A stretch of 64,000 bases of DNA. Source: Candidatus Bathyarchaeota archaeon. Lineage in GTDB: Archaea > Thermoproteota > Bathyarchaeia > 40CM-2-53-6. The notes under the pieces were generated by a model, which was not told the origin of the DNA, searched no databases, and was given only the letters and a program-made list of their open reading frames with translations. A program made the translations under genes and the position numbers. This document shows, piece by piece, positions 19,551 to 29,804 of the stretch; position 1 is the stretch's first letter, and every line of letters starts with the position of its first letter. Where the stretch lies: the NCBI GenBank assembly GCA_963833125.1, contig CAWHWX010000028.1, forward strand, positions 1-64,000, in the 5' to 3' direction.

Positions 19551-22500
19551 ATGAAAACGTTGGTTGCGATTGCGGTGAGTGTGATGCTTCTGGCGCCTTT
19601 GAGCCTCAAGGCGCAGGACCTCGCTAACATTGTGGGCACGGTCACCGATTCAACGGGCGCGGTAGTGCCGGACGCGCAAGTGACCATATTGAACGGCGAG
19701 CGCGGCTTTACTCGAACCGTGACTTCGAATGCGGATGGGGATTTCTCCGTCTCGCGAGTGCCGATCGGCAGCTATACGATTACGGCGGAGAAGTCTGGGT
19801 TTGAGAAATTGGTCCGAAGCGGCATCACGCTGGATGTAGGCCAGATCTTGAGAGTGCCTTTGCAACTCAAGGTGGGCTCAGCCTCCGAAGAGGTCGATGT
19901 TTCTTCCACAACAGACCGGGTGGAGACCGAGACGGGTGCGGTCTCGCATGTCATTACCAGTTCCCAGGTGGGCGAACTCAATTTAGAGTCCAGAAATTTT
20001 GCCACTCTGGCGACGCTGGTTCCCGGCGCAGCCCCGGCGGGCACGGGTTTTGATCCGACCAGCGTGGGCGTTCTGGCCAATGCCACGATTGCCTTCAACG
20101 GTGTTCCCGGCAACTTTAACAACTGGGAGGTAGATAGCACCAACAACGTAGATCAAGGCTCGGGCAGCAACTCCCTGATGCTCTATCCCAGCATCGATTC
20201 GATTGGGGAGTTTCGCATTTCCACCTCTAACTACAGCGCGGAATACGGCAAGTCGGGCGGCGCGAATATTGAAGTGGTCACCAAGTCCGGAACGAAGAAT
20301 TTTCACGGCGATCTGTTTGAGTTTGTCCGCAATGATGCGTTCGACGCCAATGATTGGTTCCTGAACGAAGCGGGGCAGCCGAAAAATCCGCTGAAGCGCA
20401 ATAACTGGGGATTCACACTTGGCGGCCCGGTGTACATTCCCGGCCACTACAACAGCGACCGCAGCAAGACATTCTTTTTCGTTTCGGAGGAATGGCGTTC
20501 CAACCGGGAAGGAACCATTGTTGATCAGGACGTGCCATCCGTAAGAGAGCGCTCGGGCGATTTCAGCGAGTGCGATCCGGCTTCGCCAAACTTCAATCCT
20601 ACGGTAGCCGGCGGCGATGGAGTGAGTAGTCCCATCACCTGTGTTTTGCCGGTTGATCCCAGCACCGGCAATGTGTTTGCGAATGACACCGTTCCGGTTG
20701 ATCCAACTTCGGCTGTTCTTCTGAACGCGTTGATTCCATTGCCCAACGTTGGTCCTGCCCATTACACAAGCTCTCCCAGCCTGCCCACGAACTTCCGCGA
20801 AGACATGTTCAAGATCGACCAAAACTTCGGTGACAAGGTGCGGGCATTTTTCCGCTACACCCAGGATTCCTACGACCAGGATTTCATTCCCACACTTTGG
20901 TCGGAGGCGAGTTACGGCACGGTCAAATCCAGGTGGACGAGCCCTGCGAAGTCCGCGGTCTTGCACATCACCCAGACGATCAAACCGGAACTGCTGAACG
21001 AGATCATCCTCAGCTACTCCGCCGATGTAAACACAGTGAATAATTTCACGGGATTCGACTCGCCGGCTGGATCGATCAATAAGCCCTCCGGATTCAGCAT
21101 GAGCACGATTTTCCCCGGCAATCAGAACCAGCCCAAGCTGCCCGGCATTCAAATCGGTCCGGGATTGCCGTTTTCTGTCGCTGAGTCCACGGGCTTTGAG
21201 TTTGCTTTTATTGATCCCCAGGCGGCGGTCAAAGACAATCTGGTGTGGTCGAAGGGCAAGCACACACTAAAAGCTGGCTTCTTCTTGCTGGATAACCACA
21301 TCAACACCACCACCAATATCGGGCTTAGCACGCAAGGCTTTCTGGCGTTCGGCGGCGATACTCCAGTCACCACCGGCAACTCGCTGGCGGATATGTTTCT
21401 TGGGCGAATCCAGCAATATCAGGAGTACGGGAAGGTAGTCAGTGGGCAACTGAGCGGCGGCGTAGGCGAGGGACGATGGCGGCAGTGGGATTTCGAGCCA
21501 TATTTTCAGGATGATTGGCGGGTGAATTCTCACTTAACCTTGAATCTGGGCGTGCGTTACTTCTGGCTTACGCCGTTTTACGACGTGTGGAACCCAACCA
21601 ACGATTCCATCTTCATTCCGTCGCAATACGATCCCACGAAACAGGCGCAACTGGATATCAATGGCAACCTAATCCCGGGCACCGGAGCGACTTACCTAAA
21701 CTACGGCAACGGCTTATTACAATGCGGAGCCGGTTCGATTCCCAAGGGCTGCTCGAGTAGTTTCCGCGGCACAGTTTCGCCGCGCTTTGGTTTTGCTTGG
21801 GACCCATGGGGCAACGGCAAGACTGCGGTACGCGGTGGCTATGCTCTTAACTGGGATTCCAGCAACCCATTACACGCCGGGGCGGGATTCAACGGCAATC
21901 CGCCGACCACCGCTAACCTTAGCTCCTTCAATGTAATAGGCTATGACGGCATTGTTCCCGGTCCGCTCGGAACCGTCGGCTTCTCGGACATTCCGACGGA
22001 GCGCAAATGGCCGGAGGTCGATCAATACAGCCTGGGAGTGCAGCATGAGTTCCCGGGAAACAATTTTCTTAGCGTGAGTTACGTGGGCACGCTGGGCCGC
22101 CATCTTCAACAGAATCTGAACATCAACGCGGTTCCGGTGGGGGAAACGACCGCGAATGTGCCGGCCTTCGCTGGTAACCCGATGCCGGGTTGCGATAATA
22201 GTGGCAATTGCGATGTGCAAACGGCGCTGATTGAGGGAGTTAATCCCATCTACTTCGCGCCCTATCGTGGCTATAGCGGCATCACCATGCGCGACCCGTC
22301 AGGAATCTCCAACTACAACTCTTTGCAAGCCGACCTACGCCATCAAACCGGGTATGGCTTGACATTTGAAGCGGCGTACACATGGTCGCATACGCTCGAC
22401 GATATCGTCACCAACGGCGTAAACGACGCCAATCCCAGACGTTGGTACGGAACCTCGAGCTTGAATCAGGCGCAGGTGTTGACCATTAACTGGATTTACG

Positions 22501-23072
22501 AGATGCCATTCTTCAAGAAGTCGCAATATGCGGCTGCCCGTTACGTATTGGGAGGATGGCAGTTAGGTGGAATCGGCAGTTTTGCGACCGGGCCTCCGCT
22601 TAACTTTACCTGCTCATTGAACGGATTTGCCACGGGAATCGGCGGCCCTGTAGTTTGCGATCCCCTAGGAAAGATTGGGGTAAAGAAAGGGTCGGTTATC
22701 GATCCGACCTTTGGCCCGACTCCTTCCTGGTTCGATCCGAATAGCGTGGGCCAAGTGTCAATGGATCAGCTGGCAGCCAATAATGAAGCGGGAATGTTCG
22801 GTTCCATGGGAAACAATCCTCTCACCGGTCCGGGACGCAACAACTGGGATATTGCGGTGATGCGGAACTTCCGGTTCCACCACGAGCAGGACAATATTCA
22901 ATTCCGGCTGGAGAGCTTCAATACCTTCAATCACCCGCAATGGAATGGTGTGAATACCTCCTGCAGCGATCAGAACCCGGACGGATTATCCTGCGCCGGC
23001 AACGGATTTGGCGAGGTCACTTCGGCCTATCCGGCGAGGATTTTGCAGTTAGGGCTGAAGCTGGCATTTTGA
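19551..23072 (+). CDS. TonB-dependent receptor (Oar-like)
   Basis: Signal peptide, GTVTDSTGAVVP, SIGEFRISTSNYSAEYG, QDDWRV..LTLNLGVRY, SPRFGFAWD, C-terminal RILQLGLKLAF. Confidence 0.93.
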   Translation: MKTLVAIAVSVMLLAPLSLKAQDLANIVGTVTDSTGAVVPDAQVTILNGERGFTRTVTSNADGDFSVSRVPIGSYTITAEKSGFEKLVRSGITLDVGQILRVPLQLKVGSASEEVDVSSTTDRVETETGAVSHVITSSQVGELNLESRNFATLATLVPGAAPAGTGFDPTSVGVLANATIAFNGVPGNFNNWEVDSTNNVDQGSGSNSLMLYPSIDSIGEFRISTSNYSAEYGKSGGANIEVVTKSGTKNFHGDLFEFVRNDAFDANDWFLNEAGQPKNPLKRNNWGFTLGGPVYIPGHYNSDRSKTFFFVSEEWRSNREGTIVDQDVPSVRERSGDFSECDPASPNFNPTVAGGDGVSSPITCVLPVDPSTGNVFANDTVPVDPTSAVLLNALIPLPNVGPAHYTSSPSLPTNFREDMFKIDQNFGDKVRAFFRYTQDSYDQDFIPTLWSEASYGTVKSRWTSPAKSAVLHITQTIKPELLNEIILSYSADVNTVNNFTGFDSPAGSINKPSGFSMSTIFPGNQNQPKLPGIQIGPGLPFSVAESTGFEFAFIDPQAAVKDNLVWSKGKHTLKAGFFLLDNHINTTTNIGLSTQGFLAFGGDTPVTTGNSLADMFLGRIQQYQEYGKVVSGQLSGGVGEGRWRQWDFEPYFQDDWRVNSHLTLNLGVRYFWLTPFYDVWNPTNDSIFIPSQYDPTKQAQLDINGNLIPGTGATYLNYGNGLLQCGAGSIPKGCSSSFRGTVSPRFGFAWDPWGNGKTAVRGGYALNWDSSNPLHAGAGFNGNPPTTANLSSFNVIGYDGIVPGPLGTVGFSDIPTERKWPEVDQYSLGVQHEFPGNNFLSVSYVGTLGRHLQQNLNINAVPVGETTANVPAFAGNPMPGCDNSGNCDVQTALIEGVNPIYFAPYRGYSGITMRDPSGISNYNSLQADLRHQTGYGLTFEAAYTWSHTLDDIVTNGVNDANPRRWYGTSSLNQAQVLTINWIYEMPFFKKSQYAAARYVLGGWQLGGIGSFATGPPLNFTCSLNGFATGIGGPVVCDPLGKIGVKKGSVIDPTFGPTPSWFDPNSVGQVSMDQLAANNEAGMFGSMGNNPLTGPGRNNWDIAVMRNFRFHHEQDNIQFRLESFNTFNHPQWNGVNTSCSDQNPDGLSCAGNGFGEVTSAYPARILQLGLKLAF

Positions 23073-23159
23073 CAATAGCCAAGGGCTTTCGGCGGCCTGG
23101 AAAGTTTCTTGGCTTGGCAACATCGCGGGCATATAATCCCGAGTCACAGGCCAAGTGGT

Positions 23160-24167
23160 ATGCGAGCAGACAACAGCTTGACGTGGGAACGGGCTGAGTC
23201 GTTTGTTGACCGTCAAATCAGCCCGCAGAAGCTGCACGTCTGGCCGTTTGGCAACTCCTATCCGATTGACGTCCGGCATCTGATTCTGGATCGCCGCCAG
23301 GGCGTGCCGCCGCACCGTCCGGACCACCTCGAAATTGTCATCTTTGAATCCGGGGAACTGGGCTATGAAGTTGAAAATGAGACCTGCCGCGTCGCCAAGA
23401 ACGATATCATCGTGGTGGGAAGCAGGTTCCGCCATCGCTGCCTGCCGCTAAGAACCTCCGAACCCGAGGCGCGAACCGTGGTTCTGTCCTTCCTTCCGCA
23501 AACGGTGCATTGCGGGATCCCTCTCGGGGACGATTTGCAATACCTGATGCCGTTCAGCATGGATGATCCTTCGGTCTCCAATGTGATCCGTGCTAAAGAA
23601 GGCCTTTCGCGCGAGGCCTTCGATCTCATCGAGCGCATTCGTGAAGAGTTGCCCGGAGACTCTGAGCGTTCCCGGCTTGCGATTCGCACTTATCTGAAGA
23701 TGCTTCTCCTCATTCTGGTCAACCATTGCTCGGAGACAGGCAAGCTTAGCGGCGTCTTCAATCATCAGAGAGAGGCAATGGAGCGGCTGGCGCCGATTTT
23801 TGACCACTTGCAACGGCACTACGATGAGCCACTTCGCGTAAATGACGCTGCTCGGCTTTGCGCGGTCAGTTCTTGCTGCTTTATGAATTTGTTCAAGGAT
23901 GTGACCGGACAGTCTTTCGTTTCCTATTTGAATCACTTCCGCGTGGCCAAGGCGCAAGCGCTGCTGGCCGCGACCAATCGCTCCATCTCCGCCATCAGCC
24001 TGGATACCGGTTTCTGCACCCAAAGTTATTTTGGCGTTGTTTTTCGCAAGATTACCGGAATGACGCCCCTGGCGTATCGGCTGCAATACGCGGGAACTCC
24101 GGCAGCCGAAGTTGGTCAGACCGCGGTGAGTCCGCCGTCCACGGTGAAAATCCCTCCTACGCAGTAG
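23160..24167 (+). CDS. AraC family transcriptional regulator (cupin sensor plus double HTH)
   Basis: HRPDHLEI cupin, FKDVTGQSFVSYLNHFRV, GFCTQSYFGVVFRKITGMTP..YR. TATAAT at 23132 lies upstream of ATG 23160. Confidence 0.92.
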   Translation: MRADNSLTWERAESFVDRQISPQKLHVWPFGNSYPIDVRHLILDRRQGVPPHRPDHLEIVIFESGELGYEVENETCRVAKNDIIVVGSRFRHRCLPLRTSEPEARTVVLSFLPQTVHCGIPLGDDLQYLMPFSMDDPSVSNVIRAKEGLSREAFDLIERIREELPGDSERSRLAIRTYLKMLLLILVNHCSETGKLSGVFNHQREAMERLAPIFDHLQRHYDEPLRVNDAARLCAVSSCCFMNLFKDVTGQSFVSYLNHFRVAKAQALLAATNRSISAISLDTGFCTQSYFGVVFRKITGMTPLAYRLQYAGTPAAEVGQTAVSPPSTVKIPPTQ

Positions 24168-24874
24168 TCGGAATCATCGGAAGCCAGAAATGTGGCGATG
24201 CCCGCGATGTCCTGTGGCGTGCCCAATCTCCGGGCTGGCGCAATCTCCGCGTAGCGGGCACGGATTGTTGGATCGGACAGCTCATCAGCGTTCATCGGCG
24301 TGTCAATCGTGCCTGGAATGATGGCGTTCACGCGAATGTGTTCCGGCGCATAGTCGATGGCCATCGCGCGCATCAGTCCCAGGACCCCGCCTTTGCTGGT
24401 GCTGTAAGCGGTGAGACGGGTAAACCCGAAGATCCCGGTGGGAGATGCGACATGAATAATGGATCCAGATTTCTGGCGGAGCATCGCCGGGATAACGTAT
24501 TTCGAGGTCAGCCAGTAGCCGCGGAGATTCACCGCCATAGTTCGATCCCAGGTTTCGCTGGTAAGTTCGTGCGCACGGGTTTCCTCCCGAAAAAACAGCA
24601 CCGCGGCATTGTTGCAAAGCACGTCGATTCTGCCGTACTGATCGAGGGTCTTTTCGGTCATCGCCTGAATCTGAGCTTCGCTGGCCACGTCAGTCGGAAC
24701 AAATAGAGCTTTGCCGCCGCTGGCGCGAATCGCGGACGCAGTTGCCTCCCCGGTTTGCGCATCAACTTCCGCAATTACCACCGCCGCCCCTTCTTGCGCA
24801 AAACGTTCGGCGATCCCGCGGCCGATGCCGGCGCCTGCCCCGGTTACGATGGCTACTCTATCTTTGAGCCGCAT
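24116..24874 (-). CDS. Short-chain dehydrogenase/reductase
   Basis: MRLKDRVAIVTGAGAGIG, NNAA, YSTSKGG, IRVNAIIPG. Confidence 0.92.
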   Translation of the reverse strand: MRLKDRVAIVTGAGAGIGRGIAERFAQEGAAVVIAEVDAQTGEATASAIRASGGKALFVPTDVASEAQIQAMTEKTLDQYGRIDVLCNNAAVLFFREETRAHELTSETWDRTMAVNLRGYWLTSKYVIPAMLRQKSGSIIHVASPTGIFGFTRLTAYSTSKGGVLGLMRAMAIDYAPEHIRVNAIIPGTIDTPMNADELSDPTIRARYAEIAPARRLGTPQDIAGIATFLASDDSDYCVGGIFTVDGGLTAV

Positions 24875-24881
24875 AATTTTC

Positions 24882-25964
24882 TTACTCTCCGTGCTCGATC
24901 GAGAATATACGTTCCACCTTGCCGTGGCGGATCCCATACATCCGGCGATGCAGCTGAATCGTGCCGTCATGATAGTGGACCGCGATTTCGATCTTGTCGC
25001 CTACTTCGATCTTGTCGCCAGAATCCACAATCTCAATTGGCGCATGTTCCGCATGCAGCGCTTTGAGCTTTAATCGTGGCATACCCTTCACCGACGGTAG
25101 TCCGCGCTCGCCGCTAATGGCTTTCACTCCGGCATCGGCTACAACGCGCTCGCCCGGTGTCTTACTGATAACCGTACTCAGAACGCTCAGAGAGGGCTTG
25201 AAATCAGGAGCAAACGGAGCGTACCAGGTATCCATGAGCAGATAAGAACCGGCCTGATTCTCGGTAACTCCAGGATAGGTGCCCGCAATCGCAAAGTCAC
25301 CGGTGCCGCCGCAGCTCACAATCTCCACTGGGATTCCGGCTGCTGTGATCTGGTCCCTGGCCTTGATCAAAAGCTTCATGGCACTGTTCACGGCGTTCTG
25401 TTTTTCGGATCCGGCTGGCAAGGGCTGCAAATGGCCTTCATAGCCCATAATTCCCCGAAAGCGGAGCCCATGTTCGACGACGGTTTGAGCCAGGTTCACA
25501 GCGGCTTCCACGGAGGACACACCGCAGCGTTTCAGGCCCAGATCAATATCCACTACAACGTTCAAAGTCACATTGCGGTTGCGTGAGGCCTGCGCCATAT
25601 CTTTGACCACAGCCGCATTATCCACCGCGATCAAGACGGGCGCCTCCGCGGAAAGCTCTGCAAAACGCTGTAGAGGCGTCTCCCCCGCGATCTCATTGGC
25701 GATGAGGACGTCGCGAATCCCGCTGTTGACCAGACGCTCCGCCTGCCAATGTCTGGCGCAGGTGATGCCGATCGCGCCACACTCCATCTGCCGCGCAGCT
25801 AGTTCGAGCACGCGATGATTCTTGAAATGAGGGCGTAGCTTCGCTGGCTGACTGCGAAAGAATGTGGCCATGGTCTGCAGATTTTGCTCCATGGCATCAA
25901 GGTCCACCAGCAAGGCAGGCGTCTCGATCTGCTCAAGGCTGACCGGATTGGGCAAACTGTGCAC
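24882..25964 (-). CDS. DSD1 / D-threonine aldolase-like PLP-dependent enzyme (alanine racemase fold)
   Basis: ETPALLVDL, LRPHFKNH (PLP Lys), RCGV, GYEGH, GGTG, QAGSY, DAGVK, AEH. Confidence 0.88.
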   Translation of the reverse strand: MHSLPNPVSLEQIETPALLVDLDAMEQNLQTMATFFRSQPAKLRPHFKNHRVLELAARQMECGAIGITCARHWQAERLVNSGIRDVLIANEIAGETPLQRFAELSAEAPVLIAVDNAAVVKDMAQASRNRNVTLNVVVDIDLGLKRCGVSSVEAAVNLAQTVVEHGLRFRGIMGYEGHLQPLPAGSEKQNAVNSAMKLLIKARDQITAAGIPVEIVSCGGTGDFAIAGTYPGVTENQAGSYLLMDTWYAPFAPDFKPSLSVLSTVISKTPGERVVADAGVKAISGERGLPSVKGMPRLKLKALHAEHAPIEIVDSGDKIEVGDKIEIAVHYHDGTIQLHRRMYGIRHGKVERIFSIEHGE

Positions 25965-25983
25965 CCAGTTCTCGTTAAAATCT

Positions 25984-27321
25984 TCAGACGCCCGCCGGAA
26001 CCGCTATGCGGGCAGATCTGCGCACTTGCTCGACCTGTTTCTGGATGAATGCCACAACTTCTTCCGAGATGTCGAGCATGCGATCGAAATCATCCTGGGG
26101 CGTCATGAGCGGGGGTTTAAACTTGAAGACATTGCTGCGAAGCCGCCAAATTGCGTGATCAGGCCTTGTTCGATAGCGAACTCCCAAGCCAACACACAAG
26201 CAGCCGACGCGGGCGTTTTGGTCTTCCGATCCTCGACGTAGTCCACACCGATGAAGAGACCGGGGCCCCGGACGTCGCCGATCACGTCGTAGCGCTCTGC
26301 CATCTTCTGAAGCGTGCGGTGGCTTCGGCACCCAGATCGCGGGCACGGTTCACCAAGTGCTCCTCCTCCACGATATCGAGCACCGCCAGGCCTGCGGCCG
26401 CCGATAGCGGCTGGTTCATAAAGGTGAGCATGTGCCAGGGCTCGGACTCCAAGCCGTCGGGGATTAGTTCTTTTCTGGTGATCAAACGCCCAATCGGAAA
26501 CCCACCTCCAAGCGCCTTGCCGACGCCAGATGATATCCGGCATGACGTCGAACAGGTCGCAAGCCCAGATGGAACCGCAACGGCCAAGCCCGTTTGGACT
26601 TCATCGACGATCAGCAGGACTTCTCGCTCCCGGCAAACGCTTTGCACTTCCCGATAGTATTCCGGCTGGAAAACCTGTGGCCGTTCGGCCCCTGCACAAC
26701 TTCCATGACGAGCGCCGCCACCTGCCTGGAGCTCTCTCCACCGAGGTCGGTTTCCAGTGCATGCATGGCCGCTCGCCAGATATCAGGACCTTCTCCGCCT
26801 AAGAGTGGCCGGTAGGTATCTGCAGAAGGAATCTGGCGGAAATTCGGCCACCGCATGCCGCCGGGAAGCCATTTACGAAGCGCCGGCATTCCGCCGAGAC
26901 TGAGGGTTGCAAGCGACTGTCCATGATATGCGCCGGTAAGTGAGAGAACTTCAGAACGGCCTGTCACACGAATGGCAAATTCAACGCAGCTTCAACAGCC
27001 TCGCCGCCGCCGGTGCAGAGGAAAGTTTTGGTCATCCCGCTGGGCGCGACTGCGGCCATCTTCGCAAAATTCGATACAGTTGGGGACTCATGCAAAAATT
27101 GACGAAGGGAGCTTGGCCAGTTGCCGGGCTACCGCCTCGGTGACCTCGGGATGCGCATGACCTACCATCGCCGGGCCCGCGGAACCCGACATCGTGTCCA
27201 GATAAATCTTGCCGTTAATGTCCCACATGCGGGCGCCTTCGGCCCGCTCCAGGATCAGCGACACCGGGCGTTGGACGGCATGAAGCACATATTCCTTCGA
27301 TAGAGCTTCGTAGTCCTTCAT
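25984..27321 (-). pseudogene. Class III (omega/4-aminobutyrate-type) PLP aminotransferase, broken by about five frameshifts (pseudogene or assembly errors)
   Basis: [61 protein letters not shown] and FKPPL lie in successive frames. Confidence 0.8.
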
Positions 27322-27570
27322 CGGTCCCCTCCCGGCCGGAACACATCACCGCCCTACTTTTCTAGTCCTCGCTCGCACGGATATCTATCAAGAAACCCCA
27401 AATCTATGTCATAAGTCTGCCCCCGGGATCAGCAGCGTTGTTCGCATGCAATCTCAACCTTGCCTTACGGATTATTTCCTGCCGGAGCACACACGACTTT
27501 TCTTACAAAAACCGATTAGAAGCTTATAGATTTCCCTCGGACACCCCTGTATCCCTTAGGCTGAGACTCT

Positions 27571-28887
27571 ATGCGAGTATGCCGCTGGATTTTGCCTGCC
27601 GTGTTAGTATGCGCGACCCTGACGTTCGGGGCTGAGCGCTATCCTGTTCGCGTAAGCCCCGATCATCGCCATCTCGTGGATCAAAGCGGTGCGCCTTTTC
27701 TGGTGCAGGGCGATGCAGCCTGGTCGCTGATCTCTGGGCTGACCAAAGAAGAGGCAGAGATTTACCTGGAGAATCGCCGCCGCCTGGGCTTCAACTCGAT
27801 CATCGTCAATTTGATTGAACACCATTTTCGCGGGCCGGTGAACCGCTATGGTGAAGGCCCATTCACCACGCCCGGGGATGTTTCCACGCCCAATGAGAAA
27901 TATTTCGAGTATGCCGATTGGGTGATCAAGCGAGCTGCAGAGAAGGGCATCGTAGTCTTTCTTGCTCCGACTTATCTGGGATACATCGGAACCGAAGAAG
28001 GCTGGGTGGAAGAACTGATTGCAAGTGGCCCGGAGAAGAGTCGCGCCTGGGGGCAGTTCGTGGGCAAACGCTATCGCGACTACGACAACATCGTTTGGAT
28101 CATCGGCGGTGACCGCAATCCCGACAAGGTTCGGCCCTCCATCGATGCATTTGTTCAAGGTCTTAAGGAGTTCGACAATCGGCACATCATCACGGCACAT
28201 TGCCATCCAGAGAACTCCGCCATTGACCAATACCGCGATGAGGGATGGCTCGACCTTAACGATACTTATACTTACGGCATTGTCCACACCATGCTCTTGC
28301 GGGATTACAATCGGCAGCCAGTGATGCCCTTTGTGCTGATCGAATCCAGCTATGAGGGCGAGCATAATTCTTCGGCGGTGCAAATCAGGCGGCAAGCCTA
28401 CTGGGCCGTGCTGTGCGGTGCGACTGGGCAGTTCATGGGCAATCGTCCGATCTGGTTGTTTGACCCGGGCTGGGAAACCGCCTTGAACTCGACCGGTTCG
28501 CGAGACATGGGCCTGCTCACCACTCTATTCACTTCCCGCGCTTGGTATGACTTGGTCCCCGATCAGAAACATGAAGTTGTGATTGATGGGTTGGGAGAGT
28601 TTCTGGGGCTGGATTATCTGGCTGCAGCTCGCACGGCTGACGGCGGCACAGTGATCGCCTATCTACCTAATGCGAGGCCATTCACGGTAGATATGAGTAA
28701 GCTTTCCGGCGCGATGGCCGCAGCATGGTGGTTTAATACGAGGTCAGGGGAAGCTACATCGGGAGGAAAATTTTCCACCAGTGGGAAGAGGCAATTTACG
28801 CCTCCGGGTGAAGGCGATTGGGTGCTGGTATTGGATGACGCCAGCAGAAATCTCCCGGCTCCCGGGCATGCCAAGGATCGGCAATGA
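27571..28887 (+). CDS. Secreted DUF4038 / GH140 (apiosidase-like) glycoside hydrolase with C-terminal putative collagen-binding domain
   Basis: Signal peptide, GAPFLVQGDAAW, YLENRRRLGFN, WIIGGD, ESSYE, RRQAYWA, WWFNTRSG, DWVLVL. Confidence 0.8.
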   Translation: MRVCRWILPAVLVCATLTFGAERYPVRVSPDHRHLVDQSGAPFLVQGDAAWSLISGLTKEEAEIYLENRRRLGFNSIIVNLIEHHFRGPVNRYGEGPFTTPGDVSTPNEKYFEYADWVIKRAAEKGIVVFLAPTYLGYIGTEEGWVEELIASGPEKSRAWGQFVGKRYRDYDNIVWIIGGDRNPDKVRPSIDAFVQGLKEFDNRHIITAHCHPENSAIDQYRDEGWLDLNDTYTYGIVHTMLLRDYNRQPVMPFVLIESSYEGEHNSSAVQIRRQAYWAVLCGATGQFMGNRPIWLFDPGWETALNSTGSRDMGLLTTLFTSRAWYDLVPDQKHEVVIDGLGEFLGLDYLAAARTADGGTVIAYLPNARPFTVDMSKLSGAMAAAWWFNTRSGEATSGGKFSTSGKRQFTPPGEGDWVLVLDDASRNLPAPGHAKDRQ

Positions 28888-29774
28888 CACAGGTATTTGC
28901 CAGTGGGTTGAGCGCTCCGGAAGGCCCGGTTGCCCTGGCCGATGGCTCCTGGCTCATCGTGGAAGGTGGCGCCGAGCGTGGATGCGTCACCCATATCAGC
29001 CCGGATGGCAAGACGAAAAAAGTAGTCAAGAAGACCGGCCGTCCCAACGGCTTGGCAGTGGATTCGAAGGGCGTCATCTGGGTGGCGGAGTCAAAGCAAC
29101 CCTCGCTGCTGCGTTTGACCATGGAAGGAAAGTCGGAAGTTGTCGCCACCGGCTGCGACGGCGAGCCATTTTTGTTTCCCAATGATCTTTGCTTCGGGCC
29201 CGACGGCGCTCTCTATTTAACGGACTCGGGCGTCTTCATCGATGACTTCGCCCCCAACAACCAAATCCGCCCCGACTACCTGCAAATGAAATACGATGGC
29301 CGCATTTACCGCATTGACATTAACACCGGCCAAGTGAAGAAGCTCGATTTCGGAATTAAATTCACCAACGGCATTGCATTCGGCCCGGATCGCCGTCTCT
29401 ACGCCAACGAATCGGTTACCGGCATCATTTACGCGTACGAGTGGTGGGATGGAGAGATTCGTGGCCCGCGTACTCGGTTTGGCAACGTGCGGCGTCCAGA
29501 TGGCCCGTCCGGCTGGCGCGGTCCCGATGGTATGGCTTTTTCGGCGGATGGTGAACTCTATGTCGCTGTCTTTGGTCAGCAGGACATCACCGTCCTGGCG
29601 AAGAGCGGTGAAGTAGCGCGTCGCATTCCGACCAAAGGGAAGCTACCCACCAACGTCACGTTCGCCCTGCCCGGACAAAAACGTTTGCACATTACCGAGT
29701 ACGAGCATGGGCAGATGGAGACGATCAGCGTCCCGGCGGACGGCCTGCCTCTGTGGGATGGAACCCGCGGTTGA
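28884..29774 (+). CDS. SMP-30/gluconolactonase family protein
   Basis: PEGPV, PNGLA, PNDLCFGPDG..YLTD, TNGIAF, PDGMAF, PTNVTF. Confidence 0.9.
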   Translation: MTQVFASGLSAPEGPVALADGSWLIVEGGAERGCVTHISPDGKTKKVVKKTGRPNGLAVDSKGVIWVAESKQPSLLRLTMEGKSEVVATGCDGEPFLFPNDLCFGPDGALYLTDSGVFIDDFAPNNQIRPDYLQMKYDGRIYRIDINTGQVKKLDFGIKFTNGIAFGPDRRLYANESVTGIIYAYEWWDGEIRGPRTRFGNVRRPDGPSGWRGPDGMAFSADGELYVAVFGQQDITVLAKSGEVARRIPTKGKLPTNVTFALPGQKRLHITEYEHGQMETISVPADGLPLWDGTRG

Positions 29775-29804
29775 CGAACGAACTCGATCTGAGGTCTAAG
29801 ACGC

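Noticed and set aside
24116-24167. 52-bp 3' overlap of the convergent araC and SDR genes
   Set aside because: A common tail overlap from a low-complexity C-terminal extension, with no sign of special function.
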